Shown: one piece after another, positions 8,617 through 19,399 of the stretch | How the letters are laid out: every line of letters begins with the position of its first letter | Numbering within the stretch: position 1 is the stretch's first letter | Made by a program: the position numbers and the translations under genes | Origin: a virus | Lineage: Duplodnaviria; Heunggongvirae; Uroviricota; Caudoviricetes | Reading direction: 5' to 3' (one strand) | Length of the DNA stretch: 64,000 nucleotides | Virus record (IMG/VR): IMGVR_UViG_2721755756_000002 | Notes under the pieces: model-generated | The model's database searches: none | What the model was told of the DNA's origin: nothing | Seen by the model: only the letters and a program-made list of their open reading frames with translations

Positions 8617-11600
8617 ATGAGCGAAGAAAATAAAGTCGGATTTGAATTAGAAGTTGAAACCAGAACTGCACAAGAAAATTTAAAGGCATTTAATAAAGTA
8701 CTTGGCGATTATACTAATATGATAGTTAATATGGCTACAAACAGTAAATCTATTAGCAACGTAACAAGAATGATAGAAAGGTTAGGAAATATTAGCACTA
8801 AGAGAGCACAGGATAATCTTAAAGATATAAGCAAAGTCATGCGAGATATGGATTCTGCTTTCAATACTGATATTTTCAAATTACTATCAGGACAGATTAA
8901 CACAATGGATTTAGCTGCTAAATCGTTCTTAAAAACTGCTTCCAGATTCAATAAAACAGATATGTCAGGGTTAGAAAATTTCAATCTTAATCCAATCGTA
9001 AAGCAGCTAGATTTGATTAAGAATGCTGATGTATCTGCTTTGGATAAATTTAAAAGCTTATCAAGCTCCGTTAATGAAATCACATCAGGAATGAAACGAT
9101 TGAATGATATGGAGATATCTACAGCCACAAATAATGGTCTTACTACTAAAATGAGTAAGATTACTGAAATGGTTACTCAATTCACAACCGCTTTTGAAAA
9201 CGTTAAAACCGAAGGTGTAAGCGCTATTGTCAAAGCTTTAACTGAGCTTCCCAAGGCTATGCAGGCTATGGAAAAGCTTGACCATAGCAAGGTTGGCCAA
9301 TCATTCGACACATTAACTCAGAAACTTCAAAAATTCTTGGCTGAATTAAGAGAGAGTTCTTCTGAGATTCATGCGTTTTCAAACATTGTATCCACACTCG
9401 GCAAGGGAACGAATACCAACCCTTTAACTAGTGGATTGCGAAATGTACAGCGTGAAATAAAAAATACCGGTACTGAGAGTGATAAAACAAATAGAAAATT
9501 GAGTAATATGCTTTCATTTGGGAAGGTCTATGCTTTTTACAACCAACTTCGCCATTATGGTACTGGTTTCGCTAACATGCTGAATAAAGCGATAGATTTT
9601 ACGGAGATTGAGAACTACTTCAGCCGTGCCATGGGGAATATGCGTAGTGAGGCTATGAAGTTCCAGAATCAGCTATCTGACATGTACGGACTAGCAATGC
9701 CATCTATGATGCAGGCTCAGGCTACATTTAAAAATCAGCTCGGAGCGCTTGGTGATTTGTCTGAAGATATGTCATATATGCTGTCTGAGCGATTAACAAA
9801 AATGTCTCTTGACTATGCATCGTTGTATAATGTTTCTGTTGACTCCGCTGTTACAAAGTTTCAGGCTGCTCTGAGTAAGCAAGTAAGACCTATACGTAGC
9901 CAATCTGGCTATGATATAACACAAAGTGTACTAGGTGGAACGCTCGAAAGCATAGGAATCTATGACAGGCAGATACGTGATTTGAATGAAGTAGAAAAAC
10001 GTTTAATTATCATCCTTACGTTACAGCAGCAAATGGCTCGATCAGCAGCAATGGGGGATTTTGCCAGGACTATCGAGCAGCCGGCAAACCAGCTTAAAAT
10101 ACTACAGCAGCAGATTGCCGAAGTAGGCCGTTGGATATCTGCTGTTTTTTATGGCGTGATTGGAAAGGTTTTACCGTATATTAACGGTTTTGTGATGGCG
10201 ATAAAGTCATTGATTCAAATGTTTGCTTCATTCCTCGGCTATGAACTGCCTGATTCATCTGGATCTACAGGCAGTATTTTGGACAGCATGGATGATTCGC
10301 TCGGTGGCGTATCTGATGGCATGGATGATGTAAATGCAGGTATTGACGATGCCAATAAAGGATTAGATAGCGCAAAGAAAAAGACTAAGGAATGGAAGAA
10401 TTTTCTTGCAGGTTTTGATGTTGCGAATGTAATCCCCGATCAAAGTACTGATGATTCTTCTTCAGGATCTGGTGGTGGAGGTTCAGGCGCTGGTGGTATG
10501 TCTATTGATCCACGATTATTAAAAGCGTTACAGGATATGGATTATATATTTGACAATATTAGAATGAAAGCTATGGACATTCGTGACCGGCTGCTTGAAT
10601 GGGCGAGTATTCTTGGTAAGGTGGTTGATGATAATATCTTTGAACCTATCCGCAATAGTTGGAATAAATATGGTTCTGGTATATTGAAGAACATTACTGA
10701 AACCAGAGATAACATTGTGCATATTTTAGGCGGGGTTTTTGATGTTGTAGCAAAGAAATGGAAACCATTTTTTCAAGCTGCATCTGATTTGTTCTTTAGC
10801 CTACTAGATACAGCTTCACTTGTTACAGATACGATATCGACATTCTTCCGACATGTATGGGATTCCGGCGGTAAGTATTTATTTGAATCATTGTGGGATT
10901 TAGCTACAGCGTTTTTGGAATTAGCAACCAGTGTAAACGATAACTTTGTTAAGCCAATAATAAACTGGTTTAAAAGAAGTATTGCACCAGTATTCGGTGA
11001 TCTTGTTGGCACTATTCTTAAAGGTGCAGGGAAGATTGTAAAAGGTTTTGCAAACGTTATAACATGGATAGCAAAATGTAAACCCGTAGTTGTTACTTTG
11101 GGATCAGCCTTTACAGCTTTGTTTTTGACGATTAAGATAGCAAAAATTGTAGAACTAGCAACAGCTCTAGGTGGAGCTCATAGTGTATTACGTACTTTTG
11201 GGGCTTTGGCTTTGCAACACAGTAGCACTTTAAGAAAATTATGGCAAGTATTCTCTGATGGTTATTCCAAAATAACAAATACAAAAAGTGTTTTAAATGT
11301 TTTTAATACTACTTTATTAAATACCAAAGCTGGAGAAGCGTTTAAAAAAGTGATGAATGGTATCGGCGATAAACTTCTCAATGTAAGTTCAAATATGTTG
11401 GAAGCAAGTGGGAAAGCAACATCACTAGGATCGACTATTATCGGTAAATTAGGAGCAGCATTTAGCTGGCTTGCAGCAAATCCAGTAGTGGCTGTAGTGG
11501 CAGGTTTAACTGCTGTAATAGCGGCCGTCGCTTTACTTGGTTCAACTCAAAAAGAGAAGAAGTATGAAATGGATGATTATTCCAAATCTGTACAGGATCA

Positions 11601-13422
11601 GATTAATGCTCTTGATGAATTGAAAAAGTCTATGGATGATGCTAAAGCTTCAACAGATAAAGAAATTTCTTCAAAGATGGCTGAATACAAACGACTTGAA
11701 CAAAACGTAGATATATTGCGCCGTATGGCTGGAGAAACAGGCTATGTGGATAGTATCGAGCAAGCTAAGCAAAAAGTAGAAGCTATCAATAAGGAACTTC
11801 CGGGAACAGTAAAACTGACTAAAGAAGGACGTATTGAATGGCTGAAAACACCTGATGCTATTCAGAAGAATATTGATAAGCTTAAGGAAAAGGCCAGACA
11901 AGAAGCATATGAGAAGCTCTATGTTCAGTATATCCAAGCTCAGATTGAAGCAGAAGCAAAACAGGCTGAATCAAGGGATAAGTTGAATAAATTAAGTGAA
12001 CGTAAACTTGAATTGTCTAAGCAGATTCAACAGGCAGCAGCTGATGGTGACAGTGAAAAACTTGGGAAATTGAGTGATGATTTAAACCAAGTGAATGCTG
12101 ATTTAGATGGAACTGAAAAAGCTCTAAAAAAAGCGAATGATGCTGTAGATGCCGCAAAGAAAAAGCAAGATGGTCTTGATAAGACCTTAGGAAATGTTTC
12201 CTCTTCTACAAATGGACTCACTGAGGAACTTGGTAAATTCTACGCACAGTTTGGTTTGAGTGATAAAAAAGCGGCTGAGTTTGAAAAACTTGCTACTAAG
12301 ATGAAAGAAACCAATAAAGTAATGGATTCTTGTATGAAGGATGGCAAGGTAATAAACAAGAAAGAGTATGACGATACAAAAAAGACACGGCAAAAGCTTG
12401 TTAAGGAATATGCAGAGAAAGCAAAAAAGTATAAGTTATCATCTAAAGATATCATTGATATTGCTAAAAAGAATGGTGTTAATTTATCCAAAGAAGAATT
12501 AGAGCAAGCTAGAAATTCTTTAAAGAATGCAGAGCAATCAAAGAAAGATATTACTAAGGTCAAAAAGCAGCAGAACGCAGAGCTGTTATCGCTGTTAGAC
12601 AAACTTGGCATTGACAAGGATTCTAAGCTGGGTAAACAGTATCAGGCTGAACTGAAAAAAGCGCAGGAAAATGGTACGAAATCCGGTGAGGACTATATCA
12701 AGAATATCAAAAAGGGAATCAGCAATGGTGATATATCTCCAGATGCTCAGGCACAATGGAATAAAGGTCAGAAGATTTTCGATAATCCATTGACTGTTCT
12801 TGCTAAAGTTATGGGTGCTGATTCTGCGGGTAATAATGCATGGCAAACAATGAACAGGATACTGTCAAAAACAATATGGGGTAAAGCTGAGATTGGTAAT
12901 AAATCCAATGCTGCATGGGATGCATATAATTGGTTTGATAGTTGGTTCAAGGCAGGATCACACACAATATGGGGGCAGTCAGCACTTGGAAATAAATCTA
13001 ATGCAGCAAATGAAGCTCTTGAATGGTTCCAACAATATTTTAGGAAGCACCCTATTGAAGCAACCCTTTCTATTGTTTCCGGATCAATAGATTTAGCACT
13101 TGGAAAAGTCACAGGTTGGATGCAAAAAAAGGCTGAAGGTGGATTTGTTGATACAGGACAAATGTTTATTGCTCGTGAAGCGGGACCGGAGCTTGTCGGT
13201 ACTATGGGTGGGCGTACAGCCGTTGCAAATAACGATCAGATTACATCCGGTATCTACAGGGCGGTTCTGCAAGCTTTACGTGACGGTGGTGAATTCCAAG
13301 ACCGTGGAGGTGACTTATACATCACTATTCAGAATGAAGATGGTTCTAAGACCACTAAAATCATTAAGGACTACAAAAAACAAATGATATTTTCCGGAGG
13401 TAAAGGAGGAGTGCCAGTATGA
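8617..13422 (+). CDS. Tail tape measure protein
   Basis: 1601 aa helical protein with central hydrophobic stretch; C-terminal KAEGGFVDTGQMFIAREAGPELV motif. Confidence 0.92.
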   Translation: MSEENKVGFELEVETRTAQENLKAFNKVLGDYTNMIVNMATNSKSISNVTRMIERLGNISTKRAQDNLKDISKVMRDMDSAFNTDIFKLLSGQINTMDLAAKSFLKTASRFNKTDMSGLENFNLNPIVKQLDLIKNADVSALDKFKSLSSSVNEITSGMKRLNDMEISTATNNGLTTKMSKITEMVTQFTTAFENVKTEGVSAIVKALTELPKAMQAMEKLDHSKVGQSFDTLTQKLQKFLAELRESSSEIHAFSNIVSTLGKGTNTNPLTSGLRNVQREIKNTGTESDKTNRKLSNMLSFGKVYAFYNQLRHYGTGFANMLNKAIDFTEIENYFSRAMGNMRSEAMKFQNQLSDMYGLAMPSMMQAQATFKNQLGALGDLSEDMSYMLSERLTKMSLDYASLYNVSVDSAVTKFQAALSKQVRPIRSQSGYDITQSVLGGTLESIGIYDRQIRDLNEVEKRLIIILTLQQQMARSAAMGDFARTIEQPANQLKILQQQIAEVGRWISAVFYGVIGKVLPYINGFVMAIKSLIQMFASFLGYELPDSSGSTGSILDSMDDSLGGVSDGMDDVNAGIDDANKGLDSAKKKTKEWKNFLAGFDVANVIPDQSTDDSSSGSGGGGSGAGGMSIDPRLLKALQDMDYIFDNIRMKAMDIRDRLLEWASILGKVVDDNIFEPIRNSWNKYGSGILKNITETRDNIVHILGGVFDVVAKKWKPFFQAASDLFFSLLDTASLVTDTISTFFRHVWDSGGKYLFESLWDLATAFLELATSVNDNFVKPIINWFKRSIAPVFGDLVGTILKGAGKIVKGFANVITWIAKCKPVVVTLGSAFTALFLTIKIAKIVELATALGGAHSVLRTFGALALQHSSTLRKLWQVFSDGYSKITNTKSVLNVFNTTLLNTKAGEAFKKVMNGIGDKLLNVSSNMLEASGKATSLGSTIIGKLGAAFSWLAANPVVAVVAGLTAVIAAVALLGSTQKEKKYEMDDYSKSVQDQINALDELKKSMDDAKASTDKEISSKMAEYKRLEQNVDILRRMAGETGYVDSIEQAKQKVEAINKELPGTVKLTKEGRIEWLKTPDAIQKNIDKLKEKARQEAYEKLYVQYIQAQIEAEAKQAESRDKLNKLSERKLELSKQIQQAAADGDSEKLGKLSDDLNQVNADLDGTEKALKKANDAVDAAKKKQDGLDKTLGNVSSSTNGLTEELGKFYAQFGLSDKKAAEFEKLATKMKETNKVMDSCMKDGKVINKKEYDDTKKTRQKLVKEYAEKAKKYKLSSKDIIDIAKKNGVNLSKEELEQARNSLKNAEQSKKDITKVKKQQNAELLSLLDKLGIDKDSKLGKQYQAELKKAQENGTKSGEDYIKNIKKGISNGDISPDAQAQWNKGQKIFDNPLTVLAKVMGADSAGNNAWQTMNRILSKTIWGKAEIGNKSNAAWDAYNWFDSWFKAGSHTIWGQSALGNKSNAANEALEWFQQYFRKHPIEATLSIVSGSIDLALGKVTGWMQKKAEGGFVDTGQMFIAREAGPELVGTMGGRTAVANNDQITSGIYRAVLQALRDGGEFQDRGGDLYITIQNEDGSKTTKIIKDYKKQMIFSGGKGGVPV

Positions 13423-13790
13423 TAAAGACAGTTGATCCTATTCTGTATCTTGGCGGTGTTAAAGTCAAAGACCCTTCCAGTATTACGATTCAGCGTAATA
13501 AGCTATGGTCACAAGGCTCTGGACGGTCACGCAGTGGTAATTTCTGTGGTAAAGTACAGGCACTCAAATACCGTATTGATGTGCAGTGGTCATGGCTGAC
13601 GGAGGCTGAAGCTGCTCAAATTTGCGCTTTACTTGAACCAGATTATATCGACGTGAAATTCCGTGATCCTAAAACAAAACAAATGAAAACGATTCGTGCA
13701 TATGCCGGCGATGAAGTTTACAGCGTGTACAGTTATGCTATTGAAAAGGCAGTCTATGAAGGGCTGCCTATTTCTTTGGTTGAGAAATAA
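13419..13790 (+). CDS. Distal tail (Dit-like) protein
   Basis: Directly after TMP; SGRSRSG and VKFRDP motifs. Confidence 0.7.
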   Translation: MIKTVDPILYLGGVKVKDPSSITIQRNKLWSQGSGRSRSGNFCGKVQALKYRIDVQWSWLTEAEAAQICALLEPDYIDVKFRDPKTKQMKTIRAYAGDEVYSVYSYAIEKAVYEGLPISLVEK

Positions 13791-13805
13791 GGAAGGGGTG
13801 TCATT

Positions 13806-14072
13806 ATGACAACAACGATTACAGAAAAAGAAGAAGTGAGAAAGACATTGAAATCTGAATCTAAGAATACTGATGGTGTTACTGTGGTGACTATGGAAGC
13901 ATCCGTGACAAATATGGATTATAACACAATTAGTTATCATGTAAATATCGTGAATATTGCTGAATATGCAAAAGATAAGGTGAAGTATGATACTGATATC
14001 GCAGCTTTTAAGAAGCGTTACGATGAGGCTGTTAACGAGCTTGTAGTAACCGCAGAAGGGAGTGCTGAATAA
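13806..14072 (+). CDS. Hypothetical phage protein
   Basis: 88 aa, RBS present, in tail operon. Confidence 0.6.
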   Translation: MTTTITEKEEVRKTLKSESKNTDGVTVVTMEASVTNMDYNTISYHVNIVNIAEYAKDKVKYDTDIAAFKKRYDEAVNELVVTAEGSAE

Positions 14073-14464
14073 TGAAGTTAAGAAGTGGTGAGCTTATTAT
14101 GCTTATGAATGGATTGTCAAACGTGCAGACTGCAATCAGCCCTAAGGTTAATTATAATGTGAGCCGTAATAAGAAAATTCTTATGGATGAAATAAAAGAA
14201 TATCAGGATGAAATCACAAAGTTGCAGAAGAAACACTGTAAACTTGATAAAAATGGTGAACTGGTAACAAAAGAAAAAAGTAATGAAATCACATTTAAGA
14301 GCAAGGAAGATAAAACGGCTCTAACTGCTGCAATCAATGAAATCAATAATACAGAGTGCGAATTGCCAATCAGGATGATCAAGCTTGATGATATTTCTGT
14401 GTCTATTTCTCAGGCTGAAATGGATGCTTTAGAATTTATGATTGAAGAAGAATCTGACAAATAA
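14072..14464 (+). CDS. Hypothetical phage protein (DUF1617-like)
   Basis: 130 aa charged protein, translationally coupled to previous ORF. Confidence 0.55.
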   Translation: MKLRSGELIMLMNGLSNVQTAISPKVNYNVSRNKKILMDEIKEYQDEITKLQKKHCKLDKNGELVTKEKSNEITFKSKEDKTALTAAINEINNTECELPIRMIKLDDISVSISQAEMDALEFMIEEESDK

Positions 14465-14482
14465 GAAAGTGAGGTGGTGTAA

Positions 14483-17400
14483 ATGTATAGCACCTCAGAA
14501 AGATATAAGAAAGCTATAGCAAGAGATATACAATGGTGGGAATCAAAGCTAGTCATAGACGGTACAGAGTATTTTGACTTTATGAAGTTGGATGGTAAGC
14601 TTGGGATTTGCGCTGAAGAACACCTTTCCTTCGGAGGAACTGTTTCTGGATACCTGGATGTACAGATTCCAGAAATGACTTCTTCTGTGCAATTTATAGG
14701 GCGAAAGGCCATTTATTATATTGGATTACATCTGGAGGATTACAATATTGGTGAAGAACCAGACATTGAATGGATCAAAATGGGGGTCTACAACATTGTC
14801 GATCCTCAACTTAATGATGATGTCGTAACATTTACAGCATATGACAATATGTATAAGACACAGCAGGGATTTTTTAGCAGTCTTTCAAATAGTAAGCCTG
14901 TAGCGGCTGTTCTGAGAGAGCAATGTGCCAAGATAGGTATTACATATGCTGGCGGTGATTCTGGTGAATCTATCAACGTAGAAAAGCTACAGGGACTGCA
15001 AATGCGTGATGCTATTAGCTATATAGCATCATTTTGCGGTAAAAACGCAGTTATGGATCGTGATGGTAACTTGGAGTTAAGATGGTTCTCTGCTGTTGAA
15101 TTCACAGCAAGTCCAGATATATGTTCATCAACTTTCAGCGCAGGACAGGAAGATACAATAATCAGAAGAATCACTTGTGCCGTCGATTCTGAAACAAACC
15201 TTAATGCTGGCGGAGATACTGGAAGTCGAATCACTCTATCAAATCCATGTATGACACAAGCACAGCTGAATGCGATATACAACAAAGTGAACGGATTTTC
15301 CTACCGTTCATGTTCTGTGAATATCATTATGGGACATCCTGAGCTTGATGTAGGTGATATTATTTCTGTGCAAGACTTAGATGGATCCATTTATAAAGTG
15401 CCCATCATGATTATGGATATCATAGATGATAGTGGAATTCAACAGACAATAACATCTAGCGCAAAAACAGAGCAGCAAGAGCAGTATTCTTTTCAGGGGA
15501 ATATCTCACAACAAGTACAAACAAATTACAGTGAGTACATAGCCACAAAGCGATTGCTTGCAGACACAATCATTGCATATGATGGTAAGTTTGGAACCAT
15601 TACTACTGATTTTCTTACTGTAAATCAAAAAATTACAGCACATGAAGGTGAGTTCAGTACATTTAAAGCTGATACAGCGGCTTTCAAGATTGCGACAGCT
15701 GAAGAATTTACAGCTATTCATGCTGCAATAGATAATCTGGATGTTAATACAATCAATGCAGCTCTAGCTAAAATAAACGTTATGGAAGGAAATCTAGCCA
15801 CTATTGATACCATCATAAATGGCCATTTTACTTCTGATAGCGTTCACTCACTGATAATCAATGCAGAAAACACCGTATTCTCTAACTCAGTTATAAAGTC
15901 GGCCATGATTGACAGTGTAGCAGCTGATAAAGTAACTGCCGGTACGATTGATGCTAGCAGCATACACTTTAAGTCACAGTCAGGTCGATTAGATATCTTT
16001 GGTGAGACCCTCCAGATTAAAGATATCACAAGGCCAAGAGTACAAATTGGTAAAGATGCATCCGGAGACTACAACATGTATGTCTGGGATGCCGCCGGGA
16101 AGCTGATGTTTGATGCAACTGGCATCACCGCATCCGGTATACAGCGGCCAATTATCGTGGATAGCATGGTGGCTGATAATGCCAATATATCCGGAGATAA
16201 AATAAACATCACCTCATTGGTAAAAGAGATTAACGACGGTACAGAGGTGATAAAGTCTAGCCATATTTTGGTGGATGGAGCTAACCAGTCTCTATCTGTG
16301 GTGTATAATACTATAACCGGTGACATAAGCACGCTGAGCACGGCGTTGTCTGTGGAGCAAGGCAAAATCTCATCATTGATTACTGACGTATCACAGGCTA
16401 AAGGTGATGTGTCAACCTTGCAGACCAATTACAGCAGCCTCACACAGACTGTATTAGGCATTAACAGTACGGTGTCAAGCCACTCCACTAGCATAGATAA
16501 TCTCAATAACATGGAGATAGGCGGACGGAATCTCATCACTAATACAAGACCGGATAAGGCTGCGGTTAACCATGTAACTAGCAAATGGTCTGTACAAATT
16601 GTTGATGAGGCTACAGCAATCAGCGGTAAGGCGATGCAGGAGACTTGTACGCAAGCAGGAACCGGTGGCTTTTATCATGTTATTCCTCGTAAATTAGATC
16701 CTGGAAAAAGATATACGTGGGCAGTATATATTAAATCCTCAAAAAATGTACGACTTAGTACTGGCAGTGAACAAGGGGGACAACGCAATTGTGAAATCAC
16801 AACCGAGTGGAAAAGGTTTGTGCATACCTTCACAGCTTTAGAAAGCGCGCATTATCAATTTACGTTTTATACAGCTGATTCCACCGTTCCTTGGGCAGTT
16901 GGGGATATCGTATGGTACCACAGTCTTATCTTAGTTGAAGGAGACAAAGCTCAAACATGGGTACCAGCCCCTGAGGATATGGATGCATCTATCAAGACAG
17001 TATCAGATAAAACATCAACGTTGGAGCAGACGGTCAATGGATTTGATGCTCGTATTACATCAGCAACAAGTACAGCCAGTAATGCTCTTACTAAGGCTAC
17101 AGAGCTGTCAGCTACCGTTGACGGATACAATATCCGAATAACAAATGCTGAATCTAATGCAAACACCGCTCTCAGCAAAACCAACACGTTAGAGCAAAAA
17201 GTTACGGCAACATCCTTAATCACTACCATATCATCCGGCATCAGCGGAGGCACAGCATTATCAACGACAAAATTTGTAATGGATGCATCTGGATTACATA
17301 TCAAAAACGGCGGCTTTGACATCAGCAATAACGCTGGTACAAAGGTGTTTAGCGCAGATACAGCCGGTAATCTGAGTATTACAGCTGCTATAAATGCTGC

Positions 17401-18658
17401 CAGCGGTAAAATAGGCAAGTTTACGCTTAATGATGGGTTGATCTATGAAGGGCAATCAACATATAAAGGTATAAGTGGTCAAGTAACCGAGAAATACTAT
17501 TTCAATATTAGTCCTAATTCTGCACATAAAGATGTTGGGAATGTAGAACGCAATTTTGTTAGTAGCTGGACTCTACCTTTATTAAAAGTAAATACCTCTG
17601 GTGAAAATAGTTTCGAGGTATATCCAGATGGATTTTTGCAATCTAGACAAATCAAAATGGGGGATGGAGTTGTTGAGGGGACATTGTATTTTGGATCATC
17701 ACAGTATTCAAACAGTGCATTTATAAATTCTGGAGGTAATATCTGGGCTGCTGGGGGTGTACAAGCCAAAAATTTTGTTGCTGCTAATGGTCAGGGGCTA
17801 AGAGTCTTGAATTCTTCTGGAGTCCCAACAACTCTTATTTATACAGATAGCAGCGATAACGCGCGAATCCCTAATAATAATTTTATTGTATCTAAAGCCA
17901 TGACGGTTAACGGCTCACTTCATGCAAAAGCGGCATCTTGGATAGGCTCGAATTATTCAACTGGTGGTTGGATTGGAATATATGATTCTTATGGTGGTAC
18001 ACGAAAAGGCTATATTGGTTACGGAACCGCCACTGAAACTCAGTTTAACATTTATAACAACGAGGGTGCTCATAATGGCGTAGCTCTGGATGCTACCGCG
18101 AATGGTAACTGGACACATGGGCGATTTATACCACTTTATGGCGGCATGGCACTTGGTTCATCCAGTAATCGTTGGTACAGGCTCTACTCCTCAGCGGGAT
18201 GTGATACATCATCGGATATACGACTAAAAAACAGCATAAGAGGGTACGATGATCGTTACGAAGCAATGTATATGGATATGCAGCCGGTCACTTTCGAGCT
18301 TAATGCAGTACCCGGTCAACGGCAAGGCGGTTTAATAGCACAATGGACAAAAGATGCCATGACCAAGCACGGTATAACCGATAGCGAATTCGGCGCATAC
18401 AATTACCATCCAGAGGATGATACGTATGGAATCATCTATGAGCAATTAACCTCCCTAAACATGCACATGGTGCAAAAGACCATAAAGCGAGTGGATAAAC
18501 ACGATGAAGAAATTATGTCAATTTGTCATAGTATGAGCAACCACGAAAATGAAACTGAACAATTGCGAAGGGAAGTGAGAGAGTTGAAGGGCGAAGTATT
18601 CCGTTTAAACAATGAGTTATTTGATGCAAAATCCGCTTTATCTGCTTTACGGAGTTGA
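14483..18658 (+). CDS. Tail spike / receptor-binding protein with C-terminal intramolecular chaperone (peptidase S74-like)
   Basis: 1391 aa: baseplate-hub N-terminus, coiled-coil, GGRNLITN carbohydrate-binding-like insert, SSDIRLKNSI..QGGLIAQ chaperone motif. Confidence 0.85.
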   Translation: MYSTSERYKKAIARDIQWWESKLVIDGTEYFDFMKLDGKLGICAEEHLSFGGTVSGYLDVQIPEMTSSVQFIGRKAIYYIGLHLEDYNIGEEPDIEWIKMGVYNIVDPQLNDDVVTFTAYDNMYKTQQGFFSSLSNSKPVAAVLREQCAKIGITYAGGDSGESINVEKLQGLQMRDAISYIASFCGKNAVMDRDGNLELRWFSAVEFTASPDICSSTFSAGQEDTIIRRITCAVDSETNLNAGGDTGSRITLSNPCMTQAQLNAIYNKVNGFSYRSCSVNIIMGHPELDVGDIISVQDLDGSIYKVPIMIMDIIDDSGIQQTITSSAKTEQQEQYSFQGNISQQVQTNYSEYIATKRLLADTIIAYDGKFGTITTDFLTVNQKITAHEGEFSTFKADTAAFKIATAEEFTAIHAAIDNLDVNTINAALAKINVMEGNLATIDTIINGHFTSDSVHSLIINAENTVFSNSVIKSAMIDSVAADKVTAGTIDASSIHFKSQSGRLDIFGETLQIKDITRPRVQIGKDASGDYNMYVWDAAGKLMFDATGITASGIQRPIIVDSMVADNANISGDKINITSLVKEINDGTEVIKSSHILVDGANQSLSVVYNTITGDISTLSTALSVEQGKISSLITDVSQAKGDVSTLQTNYSSLTQTVLGINSTVSSHSTSIDNLNNMEIGGRNLITNTRPDKAAVNHVTSKWSVQIVDEATAISGKAMQETCTQAGTGGFYHVIPRKLDPGKRYTWAVYIKSSKNVRLSTGSEQGGQRNCEITTEWKRFVHTFTALESAHYQFTFYTADSTVPWAVGDIVWYHSLILVEGDKAQTWVPAPEDMDASIKTVSDKTSTLEQTVNGFDARITSATSTASNALTKATELSATVDGYNIRITNAESNANTALSKTNTLEQKVTATSLITTISSGISGGTALSTTKFVMDASGLHIKNGGFDISNNAGTKVFSADTAGNLSITAAINAASGKIGKFTLNDGLIYEGQSTYKGISGQVTEKYYFNISPNSAHKDVGNVERNFVSSWTLPLLKVNTSGENSFEVYPDGFLQSRQIKMGDGVVEGTLYFGSSQYSNSAFINSGGNIWAAGGVQAKNFVAANGQGLRVLNSSGVPTTLIYTDSSDNARIPNNNFIVSKAMTVNGSLHAKAASWIGSNYSTGGWIGIYDSYGGTRKGYIGYGTATETQFNIYNNEGAHNGVALDATANGNWTHGRFIPLYGGMALGSSSNRWYRLYSSAGCDTSSDIRLKNSIRGYDDRYEAMYMDMQPVTFELNAVPGQRQGGLIAQWTKDAMTKHGITDSEFGAYNYHPEDDTYGIIYEQLTSLNMHMVQKTIKRVDKHDEEIMSICHSMSNHENETEQLRREVRELKGEVFRLNNELFDAKSALSALRS

Positions 18659-18714
18659 GAAAGGAAGTGATCAAAAGTATCTCGTTTTAAAGGGTGTACG
18701 TCAACACCCTTTTA
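18659..18714 (+). other. Conserved post-tail motif (extended anti-16S sequence + GTATCTCGT + hairpin), copy 1
   Basis: GAAAGGAAGTGATCAAAAGTATCTCGT..AAAGGGTGT-ACGTCA-ACACCCTTT; homologous copy at 36444-36490. Confidence 0.6.
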
Positions 18715-18745
18715 ATTTGCTCAAGAGAGTGAAAGGAGAAGAAAT

Positions 18746-19156
18746 ATGGATATGCTTTACACTGTTTTACTGGCAGATCTCAGCATGGTGCTGGTCTGCT
18801 ACGCTATTTTACTGCTGGCTTTTGCAGCCAACGTGGTGCTGAGCCTGTACCACAACATCAATATCACAGGGGAGCATTTTGATGCCAAGCGATTGTGGCA
18901 GGGAGTCAAAAAAGCTTTGGTGCTGGTCTTTGGCACTATGCTGATGGTTGCCGCCGTAGATGCAGCCACAACGCTGCTCACACAGTATGTGCCAGATATC
19001 AATGAGCAGGTGCATGACCTCATCACCGTGGCTATGATTGCAGCCACAATCGGTGTAGCAGCATGGCGATATATCAAGGATGCATACAGTACGTTTATCA
19101 ATATCCTTAATGGCAAGCCCTCTGAGGTCGCAGCTGCGGTGGATACAAAGGAGTAA
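18746..19156 (+). CDS. Holin-like membrane protein
   Basis: Three hydrophobic segments; first gene of the lysis module. Confidence 0.7.
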   Translation: MDMLYTVLLADLSMVLVCYAILLLAFAANVVLSLYHNINITGEHFDAKRLWQGVKKALVLVFGTMLMVAAVDAATTLLTQYVPDINEQVHDLITVAMIAATIGVAAWRYIKDAYSTFINILNGKPSEVAAAVDTKE

Positions 19157-19159
19157 GAC

Positions 19160-19387
19160 ATGTCGGATGTAATTATTGTGGCTCTGATTGGAGGCGTATG
19201 CACAGCCATACCGTCATTGATAGCAACGGTAGTGATCAACAACAAATCGACAGCTGTCATGCAGTATAAAATAGACGACCTTACAAAAAAAGTGGAAAAA
19301 CACAACAATGTTGTAGAACGTATGGCGGTTGCAGAAAACAGTATCAAATCGGCTCATCATAGAATCGATGACCTTATGGAAAAATAG
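19160..19387 (+). CDS. Small lysis-module membrane/coiled-coil protein (holin/XhlA-like)
   Basis: N-terminal TM then YKIDDLTKKVEKHNNVVERM..HHRID motif common in Firmicutes phages. Confidence 0.7.
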   Translation: MSDVIIVALIGGVCTAIPSLIATVVINNKSTAVMQYKIDDLTKKVEKHNNVVERMAVAENSIKSAHHRIDDLMEK

Positions 19388-19399
19388 GAGGAAACAAAA